DNA of 64,000 nt from an uncultured Planctomycetales bacterium (GTDB lineage Bacteria > Omnitrophota > Gorgyraeia > Zapsychrales > JAHFFX01), in assembly GCA_964612665.1 (NCBI GenBank), contig CAZTCI010000001.1, forward strand, positions 252,896 through 316,895, given 5' to 3'. The position numbers were made by a program, and so were the translations under genes. Below, piece after piece: positions 9,463-18,759 of this stretch. Within the stretch, counting starts at the first letter, position 1, and every line of letters starts with the position of its first letter. The notes under the pieces were generated by a model. That model was not told the origin of the DNA, searched no databases, and saw nothing but the letters and a program-made list of their open reading frames with translations.

Positions 9463-12229
9463 GGCCAGCTACCTCCTTATTTTCCATCTTGACCGATTTA
9501 GGTATGTTAAACATAAACTTCGACCCTTTTGCTTCTTCACTTTCGACGGTCAATTGACCACCATGCAGTTCAACCAAAGACTTTGTGATATTCAATCCCA
9601 GACCCGTTCCTTGATAACCCGGACCATGGGTACGATTTAACTGTTGAAACTTCCCGAAAATTTTCGGCAAATCCTCCTGGCTAATGCCGGCTCCGGTATC
9701 AACGACGGAAAACTTTACATCTTGCGGCGTTTCTTCCAAAACGAGCTGTACCTTGCCGTTTTCCGGAGTGAATTTTATCGCGTTGTTCAACAGATTGGAT
9801 AATATCTGAATAAATCTCAATTTATCCAGCATTAATTTAATCGGTTTACTCGGAAGTTCCAAACCAAAATCTATCTTTTTTAAATTGGCGCGTAGCTTCC
9901 AGCCTTCATAACTTTCTTTGACCAAGGCGGTGACGTCCACCAATTCCCGGTAAATCTTCATCTGCCCCGCTTCAATCTTAGAGAAATCAAGCACATCGTT
10001 AATTAAAAGACTTAGACGGTCAATGTTATTGCTTGCCGTCGTGAGAATTTCTTTTTGTTGGGCCGTGACTTGGCCGAGTTTACCACGCAAAATTAAAGAC
10101 AGCGCTTCTTTAGAAATGGCGAGTGGGGTTCTGAGTTCATGAGAAACAGTTGAAGTAAATTCAGATTTAATCTTGATCGCTTCCTGCATCTGCTTTTCAG
10201 CTTGTTTACGTTCGGTAATATCACGAGCAATCGCTGAGGCCCCGATAATTTTTCCGTTCGCATTTTTAATGGGCGAGACCGTTAAAGAAACGTCTATCTG
10301 TCTTCCATCTTTGCGGACACGGACAGTTTCAAATTGTTCAACCGCCTCGCCTTTGACTAATTTTTGCAAGATCGCTAAAAGCTCGTCGGAACGTTCGGCT
10401 GGCATGAGGATAGAAACTGATTTTCCAATCACTTCTTCCACTTTATAACCATAAAGCCGCTGGGCGCCTCGATTCCAAGCGGTGATGATACCGCCGAGTG
10501 TCTTACCGATAATCGCATCATAAGATGAATCAACAATCCCCGCCAAACGGAATTTTTCTTCCTGGGCCCGTTTTTGTTCCGTAATATCTTTAATGATGGC
10601 GGCGACACCTTCAGGATTGCCGTCGACATCCTTGACCAAAAAGGTGGTTAATAAAATCGGCACACGCAGGCCGTCTTTTCGGATATATTCTTTCTCATAT
10701 TCGACGGGCTTTCCGGTCTTAAGAACTTCCTTTATCTTTTGACGTTCCATGTCGTGATATTCAGGAGGCGTTAAATCCTGGAATTTCTTTCCACTCAGCA
10801 ATTCTTCCCTAGAATAACCGGTTAACTGGCTAAAGGCTTGATTGACATCAATAAGTACTCCGTCGGGATTAACATAGCCAACCGCGTCTTTTGACGAATG
10901 ATAGATCTCCTGAAAACGTTCTTCACTTTTCTTTAAAGCCGCTTCCGCTAATTTATGTTCGGTAATGTCGCGGGTGAAACAACGCGTATGAATAAATTTT
11001 CCGCCTTCCCACAAAACATTCGAGCTGATTAACACATAACGGACCGAACCATCTTTGCAGCGCAGGCGGACTTCATAATCATGTACCGTCTGACCATTCC
11101 ATAGCCGTTCATTTAAGTCCTGAAACCTTTCTTCATCAACATAAAAATTTTTAACGGGATGCCCGATATACTCTTCTCTACTATAACCCAGCAGTTTTAA
11201 TTCCGCCCGGTTGACCCATTGAATAATTCCGTTGGGACCAGCTTGATGGAAGCCGACGGGAGCATTTTCGAAGAAATCACTGAGTTCATTGCGGCTTTGA
11301 TATAAAACTTCTTCGACTTTTTTGCGTTCAGTTAAGACGGCCGTTAAAATTAGTCCAGTTATCGTCACAACACTTATGAATTCTTGCAAAAGCAAGAGTG
11401 ATTCATTAAGCGTGCCTCCGACAAAAGGTCCAAAACCGTTAATGGTGCCCCAAATAGCAATTCCCGAAATGATTAAAATCGACGCCATGACTCCGTTTCG
11501 TCCAAACCGAAAAGCCGCCCAAACAATCAAAGGAATAAATAAATGTGTCAACGGATAGTGCAGAAAGCTAAACCGTGAATAACCGCCGAAAATCGCCAAG
11601 TTTGTAATGAATACCGCAACCAAAAAGAAACCGAGTTCTATCCGGCGTAAAATTGTTAATGGCGTGAATTTATCGCGGTACCACGTCAAAAGAATGGGTG
11701 TAAAAATAAGAATCCCCGTCACATCTCCAATCCACCAGGTTAACGACGTTGTTTGATAAAGCGCCCAGGGAACCATCCCGGATATGCATAAGATATTAGG
11801 ACCGATAACCGCCGGGACTAAACACATAATGACCGCGACCAAAACAAACTTGCAGACATCATACGTGCGGTCCAGCGGATTGTGATATCCAATAAAACGA
11901 TGAAGCATAAAATTCCCGAATATCGCTTCCAGTGAATTACCAATCCCTATATAAAAAGAAACAATCATAATCGTCGTAAAATCAGCCGTATGGTTGATTG
12001 TAAAAACAATCGTGTTCGCCAAGAAAGCGCCGATTAAAATACTTGGCCAAACCCTAGGGCCAAAAAGTAAAAGGGCTGCGAAACCGATCCCCGACGGCGG
12101 CCATATTGGCGTTGCATTTGTTTGTTCAAAAGCCAGTGTCAAGCCCATCCGCGCCGTCAGGAAATAAATAACGGCAATGACGATCACTTTTCCTAACCAT
12201 CTTATAAGAGAAGGGAATGATTTGCTCAT
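9452..12229 (-). CDS. sensor histidine kinase, MASE1 membrane domain + multiple PAS domains + HisKA/HATPase
   Basis: 925 aa; N-terminal multi-TM MASE1-like region, at least three PAS-like segments, H-box SHELRTPL, ATPase G-boxes (DTGAGI..., GTGLGL). Confidence 0.85.
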   Translation of the reverse strand: MSKSFPSLIRWLGKVIVIAVIYFLTARMGLTLAFEQTNATPIWPPSGIGFAALLLFGPRVWPSILIGAFLANTIVFTINHTADFTTIMIVSFYIGIGNSLEAIFGNFMLHRFIGYHNPLDRTYDVCKFVLVAVIMCLVPAVIGPNILCISGMVPWALYQTTSLTWWIGDVTGILIFTPILLTWYRDKFTPLTILRRIELGFFLVAVFITNLAIFGGYSRFSFLHYPLTHLFIPLIVWAAFRFGRNGVMASILIISGIAIWGTINGFGPFVGGTLNESLLLLQEFISVVTITGLILTAVLTERKKVEEVLYQSRNELSDFFENAPVGFHQAGPNGIIQWVNRAELKLLGYSREEYIGHPVKNFYVDEERFQDLNERLWNGQTVHDYEVRLRCKDGSVRYVLISSNVLWEGGKFIHTRCFTRDITEHKLAEAALKKSEERFQEIYHSSKDAVGYVNPDGVLIDVNQAFSQLTGYSREELLSGKKFQDLTPPEYHDMERQKIKEVLKTGKPVEYEKEYIRKDGLRVPILLTTFLVKDVDGNPEGVAAIIKDITEQKRAQEEKFRLAGIVDSSYDAIIGKTLGGIITAWNRGAQRLYGYKVEEVIGKSVSILMPAERSDELLAILQKLVKGEAVEQFETVRVRKDGRQIDVSLTVSPIKNANGKIIGASAIARDITERKQAEKQMQEAIKIKSEFTSTVSHELRTPLAISKEALSLILRGKLGQVTAQQKEILTTASNNIDRLSLLINDVLDFSKIEAGQMKIYRELVDVTALVKESYEGWKLRANLKKIDFGLELPSKPIKLMLDKLRFIQILSNLLNNAIKFTPENGKVQLVLEETPQDVKFSVVDTGAGISQEDLPKIFGKFQQLNRTHGPGYQGTGLGLNITKSLVELHGGQLTVESEEAKGSKFMFNIPKSVKMENKEVAGHVA

Positions 12230-12231
12230 AT

Positions 12232-12651
12232 TTACCCCTTATGGCTCCTATGCAGGACCTTATTTATGGCTTTGATTAATTCTTCATGTTCAAATGGTTT
12301 GGCAAGGGTCAAATAATTTTCGTGTTCAACTTTAACGCCGAGGGTCTCGAGATCCGCTTCTTCTTTGGTTAAGATAGCCGTCAGAAAGATAACGGGAATG
12401 TCCTGGATTTTATTTTCTGACTTTAGTCTTTGAATAATCTGGGCGCCGTTCATGTCGGGAAGCAATAGATCAGTAATAATAAGGTCCGGATTAAATTCTT
12501 TAGCTTTCATGATCGCCTCTGCGCCGCTGTTAGCTTTAATGATGTCAAGCCCTTCCGAATTCAACTCTATCTCCAGCAGCTGGAGGATTTCTTCGTGATC
12601 GTCGATAATTAGCACCTTTTGATTTTCCATTGCCTTCCTAACCTTCCTCAA
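12232..12651 (-). CDS. single-domain response regulator (CheY-like)
   Basis: 139 aa receiver domain (LIIDDHEEIL...DLLLPDMNG...); first gene of the regulator-kinase-regulator operon. Confidence 0.8.
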   Translation of the reverse strand: MRKVRKAMENQKVLIIDDHEEILQLLEIELNSEGLDIIKANSGAEAIMKAKEFNPDLIITDLLLPDMNGAQIIQRLKSENKIQDIPVIFLTAILTKEEADLETLGVKVEHENYLTLAKPFEHEELIKAINKVLHRSHKG

Positions 12652-12694
12652 AATAAAAAACCCCTAAAACCTCATCATCATAAGGAAATAGGGG
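12650..12694 (-). terminator. terminator/attenuator-like hairpin + U-run immediately 5' of the response regulator RBS
   Basis: Minus-strand CCCCUA...(22-nt loop)...UAGGGG followed by UUUUUUAUUUU, then GAGGAAGG RBS and ATG at 12651. Confidence 0.5.
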
Positions 12695-13202
12695 TGATGT
12701 CTTCACAAGTGTTGTTTCGGCAATCTGGCTATCCTAATTTGGTGTTGCCCCTATTAGGACCCTATGACTTTGCCCGTGCAGCACGCTGGGTACACGGCCC
12801 TGAACTTTGAGTAATTCAGGGGTCCCCACCTTACGATGGGTTTGCTATTTTCGTTCAACTGACACGGATCTTTGAAAATCCGCTATTTGGTGTAAGTATA
12901 TACTATTTCTACCAAAATTGCTAAGCGCGTTTAATGAATAACCTCGCAGCAAGCTGACGAGGTATCCACAACTAACTGCAAAAAGGAAGCGCAGCGTTCT
13001 ACTACGTTCAAATGCTTTCGCGTTTGAACTTCGCAGGAACGGTCCTTCGAAGCTGCAACGTAAAAACATTGCAGCGAAGAAGACCGAGCTGCGGAGAATT
13101 CACCCTTAACCCCGCCAAAAGACGCGGGGTTAATTCGCGCGTCTACTTACGCGTTGCAAAGAACGCAACGCGTAAGTAATGCGCTCATTAAACATGACTA
13201 GC

Positions 13203-13254
13203 AAAAAAATATCCATACCACGTTGAGACAAAACTTAGTTACCCAACGTGGTAT
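13203..13254 (-). terminator. rho-independent terminator of gene 13292..14347
   Basis: Perfect 11-bp stem ATACCACGTTG/CAACGTGGTAT (13215..13254) followed on the minus strand by a U7 run (13203..13209). Confidence 0.65.
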
Positions 13255-13291
13255 GAGACGTTATCGAACAATTTTAATCATAAATTTCTAG

Positions 13292-14347
13292 TTACAAAAT
13301 TTTTGAAAAACTGTCTTTCACCCGCTTAATAATCCACTTGCCTTGTTCCCACTTTTCGCTAGGTGATACCTTAAAGAATATTCCCAACAATTTATTATCT
13401 TCAAGGTAGTAATAATCTCTTCTTTCGACATCGGGTTCATCCTTAGAATTTCCTTTAACTAAAATAGCATCATGTCCGGCAAAGGTAACACGTTCCGTCT
13501 GAAAATTGTCACCATAAAAATCGAATTTCTCAAAAAAGAAATGATTGAGCTGGGTTAAAAAATGGATTTGTTTGTTGAATTCATACCAAGAAAGAGTCAC
13601 AACCGGATCTTTGGCGATCACAAGCTGCGTGTTTCCCTTGGCTTTATCAACTTCCCAGGTCAAATCACACGGAAATTGAAGGTCCCATTTTTTCATTTGG
13701 CAAGTCGTGACGCCTGATTTATTTTTTGAATTTTCAAAGACATCAGGAAGTCCAAAAGGAACGGAAGGATCTGCTGTCGATTTTGCTAATTCTTGATTTT
13801 GATTTGTATCGGAATCCGTGGCGGCAGCAAAAGCGGCAGCCGTCGAGGTTTCTTCGGCTGGACTTGACTGCGCCGTTTCTTTTGTTTCCTGACCAGCCGG
13901 GGCAACCTCGGCAGAAGGTTTCTCTACCTCAGCGGTCTTTTCATCAGTAGAAGGAGTTTTCCCAAATTCATTAATTTCTTGCGGGACAGCGGCTTTTTCA
14001 TCTGAAGCTTGGTCTGACGTTTTAGCTAATGTGGCGGCACCGTCGGCGGGTGATTTATTAACGACCTTATCACTGTTGTCCGCGGATTTACTGGTTTCTT
14101 TTTCTTCTGGAGCTTGTTCGACCTTGACGGTTTCCTGGCCGGAAGCACTTGAGGAACCGGTGGTTTCAGGGATTGTGGTTACCGCAGCACTTTGCGTAGT
14201 AGATCTCGTCGAATACATTACGATCAAGATGAACGCTAAGACTCCAAGGTAAATCCAAATGACATTAAATACTTTTTGTTTCATGTCTGTGGGTTCTGAT
14301 GATTGACTCATGGCACATCCTTTCTGTTTGGTGTTATTCATCCCCAA
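13292..14347 (-). CDS. hypothetical membrane-anchored protein with E/K/T/A-rich disordered linker and C-terminal globular domain
   Basis: 351 aa; one N-terminal TM (VIWIYLGVLAFILIVMY), long low-complexity acidic linker, conserved-looking C-terminal domain. No recognisable family. Confidence 0.5.
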   Translation of the reverse strand: MGMNNTKQKGCAMSQSSEPTDMKQKVFNVIWIYLGVLAFILIVMYSTRSTTQSAAVTTIPETTGSSSASGQETVKVEQAPEEKETSKSADNSDKVVNKSPADGAATLAKTSDQASDEKAAVPQEINEFGKTPSTDEKTAEVEKPSAEVAPAGQETKETAQSSPAEETSTAAAFAAATDSDTNQNQELAKSTADPSVPFGLPDVFENSKNKSGVTTCQMKKWDLQFPCDLTWEVDKAKGNTQLVIAKDPVVTLSWYEFNKQIHFLTQLNHFFFEKFDFYGDNFQTERVTFAGHDAILVKGNSKDEPDVERRDYYYLEDNKLLGIFFKVSPSEKWEQGKWIIKRVKDSFSKIL

Positions 14348-14416
14348 GTTAACATGTAAACTGGCAAGGCAATTCGCGGAGATATGAACGGCGGCTTGGT
14401 GTAATGCATTTCAAAG

Positions 14417-14456
14417 AAAAAAAAGCCCAAGAGATCCGTCTGCGGATTTCTTAGGC
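14417..14456 (-). terminator. rho-independent terminator of lipoprotein gene
   Basis: Imperfect 14-bp hairpin GCCCAAGAGATCCG/CGGATTTCTTAGGC followed on the minus strand by U8. Confidence 0.5.
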
Positions 14457-14592
14457 TTCTTCATTGAAGCTTAGGACTATAGCTCTTCCCAACGATAGAA
14501 AAAACATTACGGTTTTTATTATAATCACGCGGGTCGAGCTGTCAACACATAGATAATGAATTCGCAGAGAATTAGCATTTATGAGATGGCTT

Positions 14593-14937
14593 TTACTTAA
14601 CACCAAACTTATTTTTCATATCTTGGACCGCGCCTTGAGCTGTCTTTTGGATATCAGCCTTGGCTTTTTCTAAAATTTCTTTGGCGGCCTGTGAGTTTTG
14701 ATCCAAGTTGGCTAAAATATGATTCGCAACCGCGATGGCCTGGTCATAATTCTGATTATTAATAAAAGCCTTTCCCTGCCCGACGAGATAATCAACCTGG
14801 TCTTGGACCGTCCCTTTACTTTTTGATTCTTCAATCGCCTGTCCGGCATTGGCAGCCGGTTTTGGACTGCAACCGATTAAAGAGCTCAGCATCCATGAAA
14901 CAACAACCATTGCCAACCATTTTCCTTGAGTACGCAT
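14593..14937 (-). CDS. small lipoprotein (hypothetical)
   Basis: 114 aa; signal peptide with lipobox LIGC|S, then a soluble helical domain. Confidence 0.55.
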   Translation of the reverse strand: MRTQGKWLAMVVVSWMLSSLIGCSPKPAANAGQAIEESKSKGTVQDQVDYLVGQGKAFINNQNYDQAIAVANHILANLDQNSQAAKEILEKAKADIQKTAQGAVQDMKNKFGVK

Positions 14938-15108
14938 GATCTTCTCTCCTTTTTATACTATTCTAAAATTGACTTCTCCTTTAATTATATTTTCTCACAG
15001 CACAAATAAATGTCTATCTTCTTCACGGAATGCTTTCTCTTTGAAAATATCCCTGCGGTCTTAAGATCGATTTTCTGACGGAGAAGCGTGATTAATTTAA
15101 GGTTATTA

Positions 15109-15137
15109 TTGACAATGATTATGTTATAGCTTATAAA
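15109..15137 (+). promoter_or_regulatory. sigma70-like promoter for DUF1800 gene
   Basis: TTGACA(15109)-17 nt-TATAAA(15132); AAGGAA RBS precedes the ATG at 15161. Confidence 0.4.
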
Positions 15138-15160
15138 AACTAAAAAAGGAATTTTGTTTT

Positions 15161-16636
15161 ATGATTCAGAATTTTTTTCGCATTATTTTTAGTGTTCTTT
15201 TTCTTCTCATTGTTTTCCCCGCATCCATTCACGCTGAAAATTCTATCATTCAAAAAGAACTTCACATTCTAAACCGCTTAGGTTACGGCCCGCGTCCAGG
15301 AGATATTGAAAAACTTAACGCCATCGGGATTGATAAATACATTAAAGATCAACTATCTCCGGAAAATATTCAAATACCCGTCGAATTAACTTCAAGGCTG
15401 GACAATCTAAAAACGCTGCACATGAGTTCTGAAGAAATTTTCAAAGAATACGGCCCTGAGAAAAAAAAGCGCAGCCAACGGCTTACCGTCTCCACACGCA
15501 AAGCCAACCGTGAACGTGCCCCAATTATTATTAATGAAGCCGTCCAAACCCGCCTTATGCTTGCCTTGGAAAGTCCTCAGCAACTGCAAGAAGTGATGGT
15601 GGATTTTTGGTTTAACCATTTTAATATTTTTTCAGGAAAAGAACTTGATCATCTTTTAGTCGGGGCCTTTGAGCAAGAAGCTATCCGGCCCTACGCGCTG
15701 GGACATTTTCGAGATCTTCTCGAAGCAACCGCCAAACATCCGGCCATGTTGTGTTATCTTGATAATTGGAAGAGCTCAGTGCCGGATAATATTGGTGCGC
15801 ATGGCCAATTCAAAGGACTTAATGAAAATTACGCTCGGGAGCTCATGGAATTTCACACGTTAGGCGTCGATGGGGGATACACGCAAAATGATGTTGTTGC
15901 CTTGGCGCGCATTTTAACCGGATGGACTTTGCGCCAGCCAAACGCCAAATCAGATACTTTTGGTTTTTATTTTGATTCGAGACGGCATGATTACGGCAAA
16001 AAAATTTTTCTTGGGGAAGAAATTCAAGGTGAAGGTCAACAAGAAGGAGAAATAGCGCTCGATATATTGGCGCGCCACCCGTCGACCGCGCGCCACATCT
16101 GTTATAAGTTAGCACAAAATTTTGTCAATGATGATCCTGATCCGGGGTTAGTCAAAAAACTATCCGAAAAGTTCCTCGAGACCGATGGAGATATCCGCGC
16201 GGTCTTGGATACACTTTTTCACAGCGCTCAATTTTGGGACGAGAAGAATTTCGATGCCAAATTTAAAACCCCTTACCGTTTTATTGTTTCAACTATTCGT
16301 GCCAGCGGAAGGTCAGTTGAAAACTACAAGCCGATCAAAGGCGCCCTAATACAATTCGGAATGCCGCTCTACGGTTGTCTTACACCCGACGGGTATAAAG
16401 ACACACAAACGGCATGGCTTAATCCCGAGGGTATGCTTAGACGCGTCAGCTTTGTGACCGCCTTTGCCAACGGAAATATAAAAATCGATAACAGTAATCA
16501 ACCACTCGATGCCTCGCAGCTTTTAAAAACATTAGGTAATGAGATTTCTGAAAACACGCGCAAAATGTTAGCCAAATCTCCCGAACGCCTGCGCGCGGCT
16601 TTAATTTTGGGCGGCCCGGACTTTATGAAGCATTAG
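15161..16636 (+). CDS. DUF1800 domain-containing secreted protein
   Basis: 491 aa; signal peptide; FWFNHFNIF and ELMEFHTLGVDGGYTQNDVVALARILTGWT signature regions of DUF1800. No DUF1501 partner nearby. Confidence 0.8.
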   Translation: MIQNFFRIIFSVLFLLIVFPASIHAENSIIQKELHILNRLGYGPRPGDIEKLNAIGIDKYIKDQLSPENIQIPVELTSRLDNLKTLHMSSEEIFKEYGPEKKKRSQRLTVSTRKANRERAPIIINEAVQTRLMLALESPQQLQEVMVDFWFNHFNIFSGKELDHLLVGAFEQEAIRPYALGHFRDLLEATAKHPAMLCYLDNWKSSVPDNIGAHGQFKGLNENYARELMEFHTLGVDGGYTQNDVVALARILTGWTLRQPNAKSDTFGFYFDSRRHDYGKKIFLGEEIQGEGQQEGEIALDILARHPSTARHICYKLAQNFVNDDPDPGLVKKLSEKFLETDGDIRAVLDTLFHSAQFWDEKNFDAKFKTPYRFIVSTIRASGRSVENYKPIKGALIQFGMPLYGCLTPDGYKDTQTAWLNPEGMLRRVSFVTAFANGNIKIDNSNQPLDASQLLKTLGNEISENTRKMLAKSPERLRAALILGGPDFMKH

Positions 16637-17152
16637 TATCTTTATGCAAATATATCGTCGGAATTTATCGAAAGAACAGGTTCTTTTTCCTCTCGATTTA
16701 ATGCTGACTAGCCTGAACGATTGAGCCACTGGGCTTGGTGATATTGTGTTCAAAACAAACATCATCAATTTCAGAAACGCTTAAAGCCTACCTTTAATTT
16801 TCATAATTAAGATTTCTTCTCTTAAATACTTAAGCCGGTTTCTTTCCCTCAATATCCGGGCAGTCGATATCTTTCTTACCTTCGTCGTCGATGTATTAAT
16901 CATCAGCTGCCAGGTATCACTGTAATGAAAAATTGGTCCGGTCACGGCCAGACAGCAGCGGGGGCAGAAGTGGCGAGAATCATTCTGCGGCATTATAGTT
17001 TTTTGAAAGAGAACCCGGTTCCTACAGAACTGGTTATCTGTTATATATTTATAAGGAAACGGTCCTGATTTTGAATTAACTCACCAAAATTTGTCATTTT
17101 CCGTCGGGTATGACATACTTTAAGTAGCTTCAAACACAAAGGAGGTGGAACC

Positions 17153-17428
17153 ATGAAAAGAGCAATTGCTTGTGCTATGGTTTTCGCGTTTCCGCTCGTT
17201 TGCAGCACAACCGTATTGGCCATGCCCAAACCGGTTGAAAAAGTCAAAAGAGGTGTTACGACGGTTATCAGTTCACCGTTGGAATTAAAAAAGGATGTGA
17301 TGAGTGAAGTGAAAAAATCTCATTTTAAACTGTTCGGTTTAGTGGGCGGAGTTCTTAAAGGAACAGCGGATATGACCAAAAAAACAATATCCGGCGCCAT
17401 CGAAATAGCTACATTTCCCATGAAATAG
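17153..17428 (+). CDS. small secreted protein (hypothetical; possibly TIGR04073-like)
   Basis: 91 aa with signal peptide; strong SD AAGGAGGTG 6 nt before the ATG; followed by a perfect terminator. Confidence 0.5.
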   Translation: MKRAIACAMVFAFPLVCSTTVLAMPKPVEKVKRGVTTVISSPLELKKDVMSEVKKSHFKLFGLVGGVLKGTADMTKKTISGAIEIATFPMK

Positions 17429-17434
17429 ATATCA

Positions 17435-17477
17435 ATAAAAAAACCTGCCCAACACCGAGTGTTGGGCAGGTTTTTTT
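17435..17477. terminator. bidirectional rho-independent terminator
   Basis: A9 run, perfect 12-bp stem CCTGCCCAACAC/GTGTTGGGCAGG with CGAG loop, then T7. Serves convergent genes 17153..17428(+) and 17489..18718(-). Confidence 0.8.
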
Positions 17478-17488
17478 GACAAAGATTA

Positions 17489-18718
17489 TTATAAAATTCC
17501 TGTCTTACAAACCTTTCCAAACTTCTTCCCGCTTTCGCGGACCGTCCGCTTAAAAGTTTTATAATCAACGTTAATAAGACCAAACCGCGGATCAAAACCT
17601 TTGTCCCATTCAAAATTATCCAAAAGCGACCAATAAAGATATCCGGTTATCTGCACGCCTTCTTTCATGGCGAGGTAAATATTTTTCAAATGGTCTTGAA
17701 TGAATTTCCAGCGCTGTTCATCATCGGCAGTGCAAATTCCATTTTCAGTAACCATAATAGGCAGCTGATACTTTTTCAATCCCAGAAGGACTTCATAAAG
17801 TCCCGTCGGGTAAATGTCCCAGCCCAGCGAATTCTTTCGGGCACGGTTATATCTCTTGTCCGCAATATCCGTCATCAAATTGGATAATCCAATCTTTTTT
17901 AATTCAACCAGCTGCCGGGAATAATAATTAACGCCAATAAAATCCATCGCTATCGGCCGAAACATATTGTAACGCTGAACTTTTTCAAAAAACCGCAAAT
18001 TATAAATCTTGTCTCTTAAAAATGTAATAAACCGGTTTTTGAAATCCGTTTTGCGTGACATAAAGGCGGTGACGTTCTGGGCGATACTAACGGCAGGTTT
18101 GTTTAAGTTTGATTCCTGATAAATTTTATGAATTAACTGGTAAGCTTTCACATGAGCAAAAGCCATATATTCTTCGACGGCCGTGGCTCGGAAAATGGAT
18201 GTCCCTTGCGGCGGCCATGCTCCTAGAAGATAGGAGTGTGAAATATAAACGTTAGGCTCGTTGATTGTAATCCAATAGTTGACATGTTTGGCCAACGCCC
18301 GCGTGACAACATTGCAATAACGCAAAAAATATTTCACCGAATAGCGGTGCGTCCACCCTCCCTTATTGCTAAACCAAACGGGATTTGTGAAATGATGCAA
18401 GGTCACAACCGGTTCAATACCGCGCGCTTTTAAAGCCAAAATAACGTCAACATAATGCTGCAAAGCCTCGTCGGAAAATTTCCCCTCCTCAGGTTCGATC
18501 CGGCCCCATTCGATCGACAAACGATGGGCGTTATGATGCAGACTTTTGGCGAGATCAAAATCCTGTTTATAAAATTCATAATGCCGGCACGCGGCGCCGG
18601 AAAGTTCCTTGCCAGCTTTCTTTTCCCAGTGCCACCAATCCGAATGAATATTATTCCCTTCAACTTGATACGCTGATGTGGCAGCGCCCCAGAGAAAATT
18701 TTGCGGAAATTTTATCAT
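17489..18718 (-). CDS. glycoside hydrolase family 1 beta-glucosidase
   Basis: N-terminal FPQNFLWGAATSAYQVEGN, catalytic acid/base TINEPNV and nucleophile MVTENGIC. 409 aa, slightly short for GH1. Confidence 0.85.
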   Translation of the reverse strand: MIKFPQNFLWGAATSAYQVEGNNIHSDWWHWEKKAGKELSGAACRHYEFYKQDFDLAKSLHHNAHRLSIEWGRIEPEEGKFSDEALQHYVDVILALKARGIEPVVTLHHFTNPVWFSNKGGWTHRYSVKYFLRYCNVVTRALAKHVNYWITINEPNVYISHSYLLGAWPPQGTSIFRATAVEEYMAFAHVKAYQLIHKIYQESNLNKPAVSIAQNVTAFMSRKTDFKNRFITFLRDKIYNLRFFEKVQRYNMFRPIAMDFIGVNYYSRQLVELKKIGLSNLMTDIADKRYNRARKNSLGWDIYPTGLYEVLLGLKKYQLPIMVTENGICTADDEQRWKFIQDHLKNIYLAMKEGVQITGYLYWSLLDNFEWDKGFDPRFGLINVDYKTFKRTVRESGKKFGKVCKTGIL

Positions 18719-18759
18719 GTTTCTGTGTCCTTATTTCCGTTAGGTAGGCTATACTTGTT

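Noticed and set aside
12845-13069. 74-aa ORF (track) in the structured region
   Set aside because: Low-complexity, no RBS, antisense to the dominant transcription direction and composed of the hairpin sequences; presumed spurious.
12652-13291. tmRNA, RNase P, T-box or c-di-GMP riboswitch identity for the structured region
   Set aside because: No acceptor/T-arm, no conserved RNase P blocks, and only a weak GGUGGGGACC resemblance to the T-box sequence. A GCAAACC plus GUAA-tetraloop hairpin resembles GEMM-I P1, but the remaining consensus is not matched. The region is left as unclassified.
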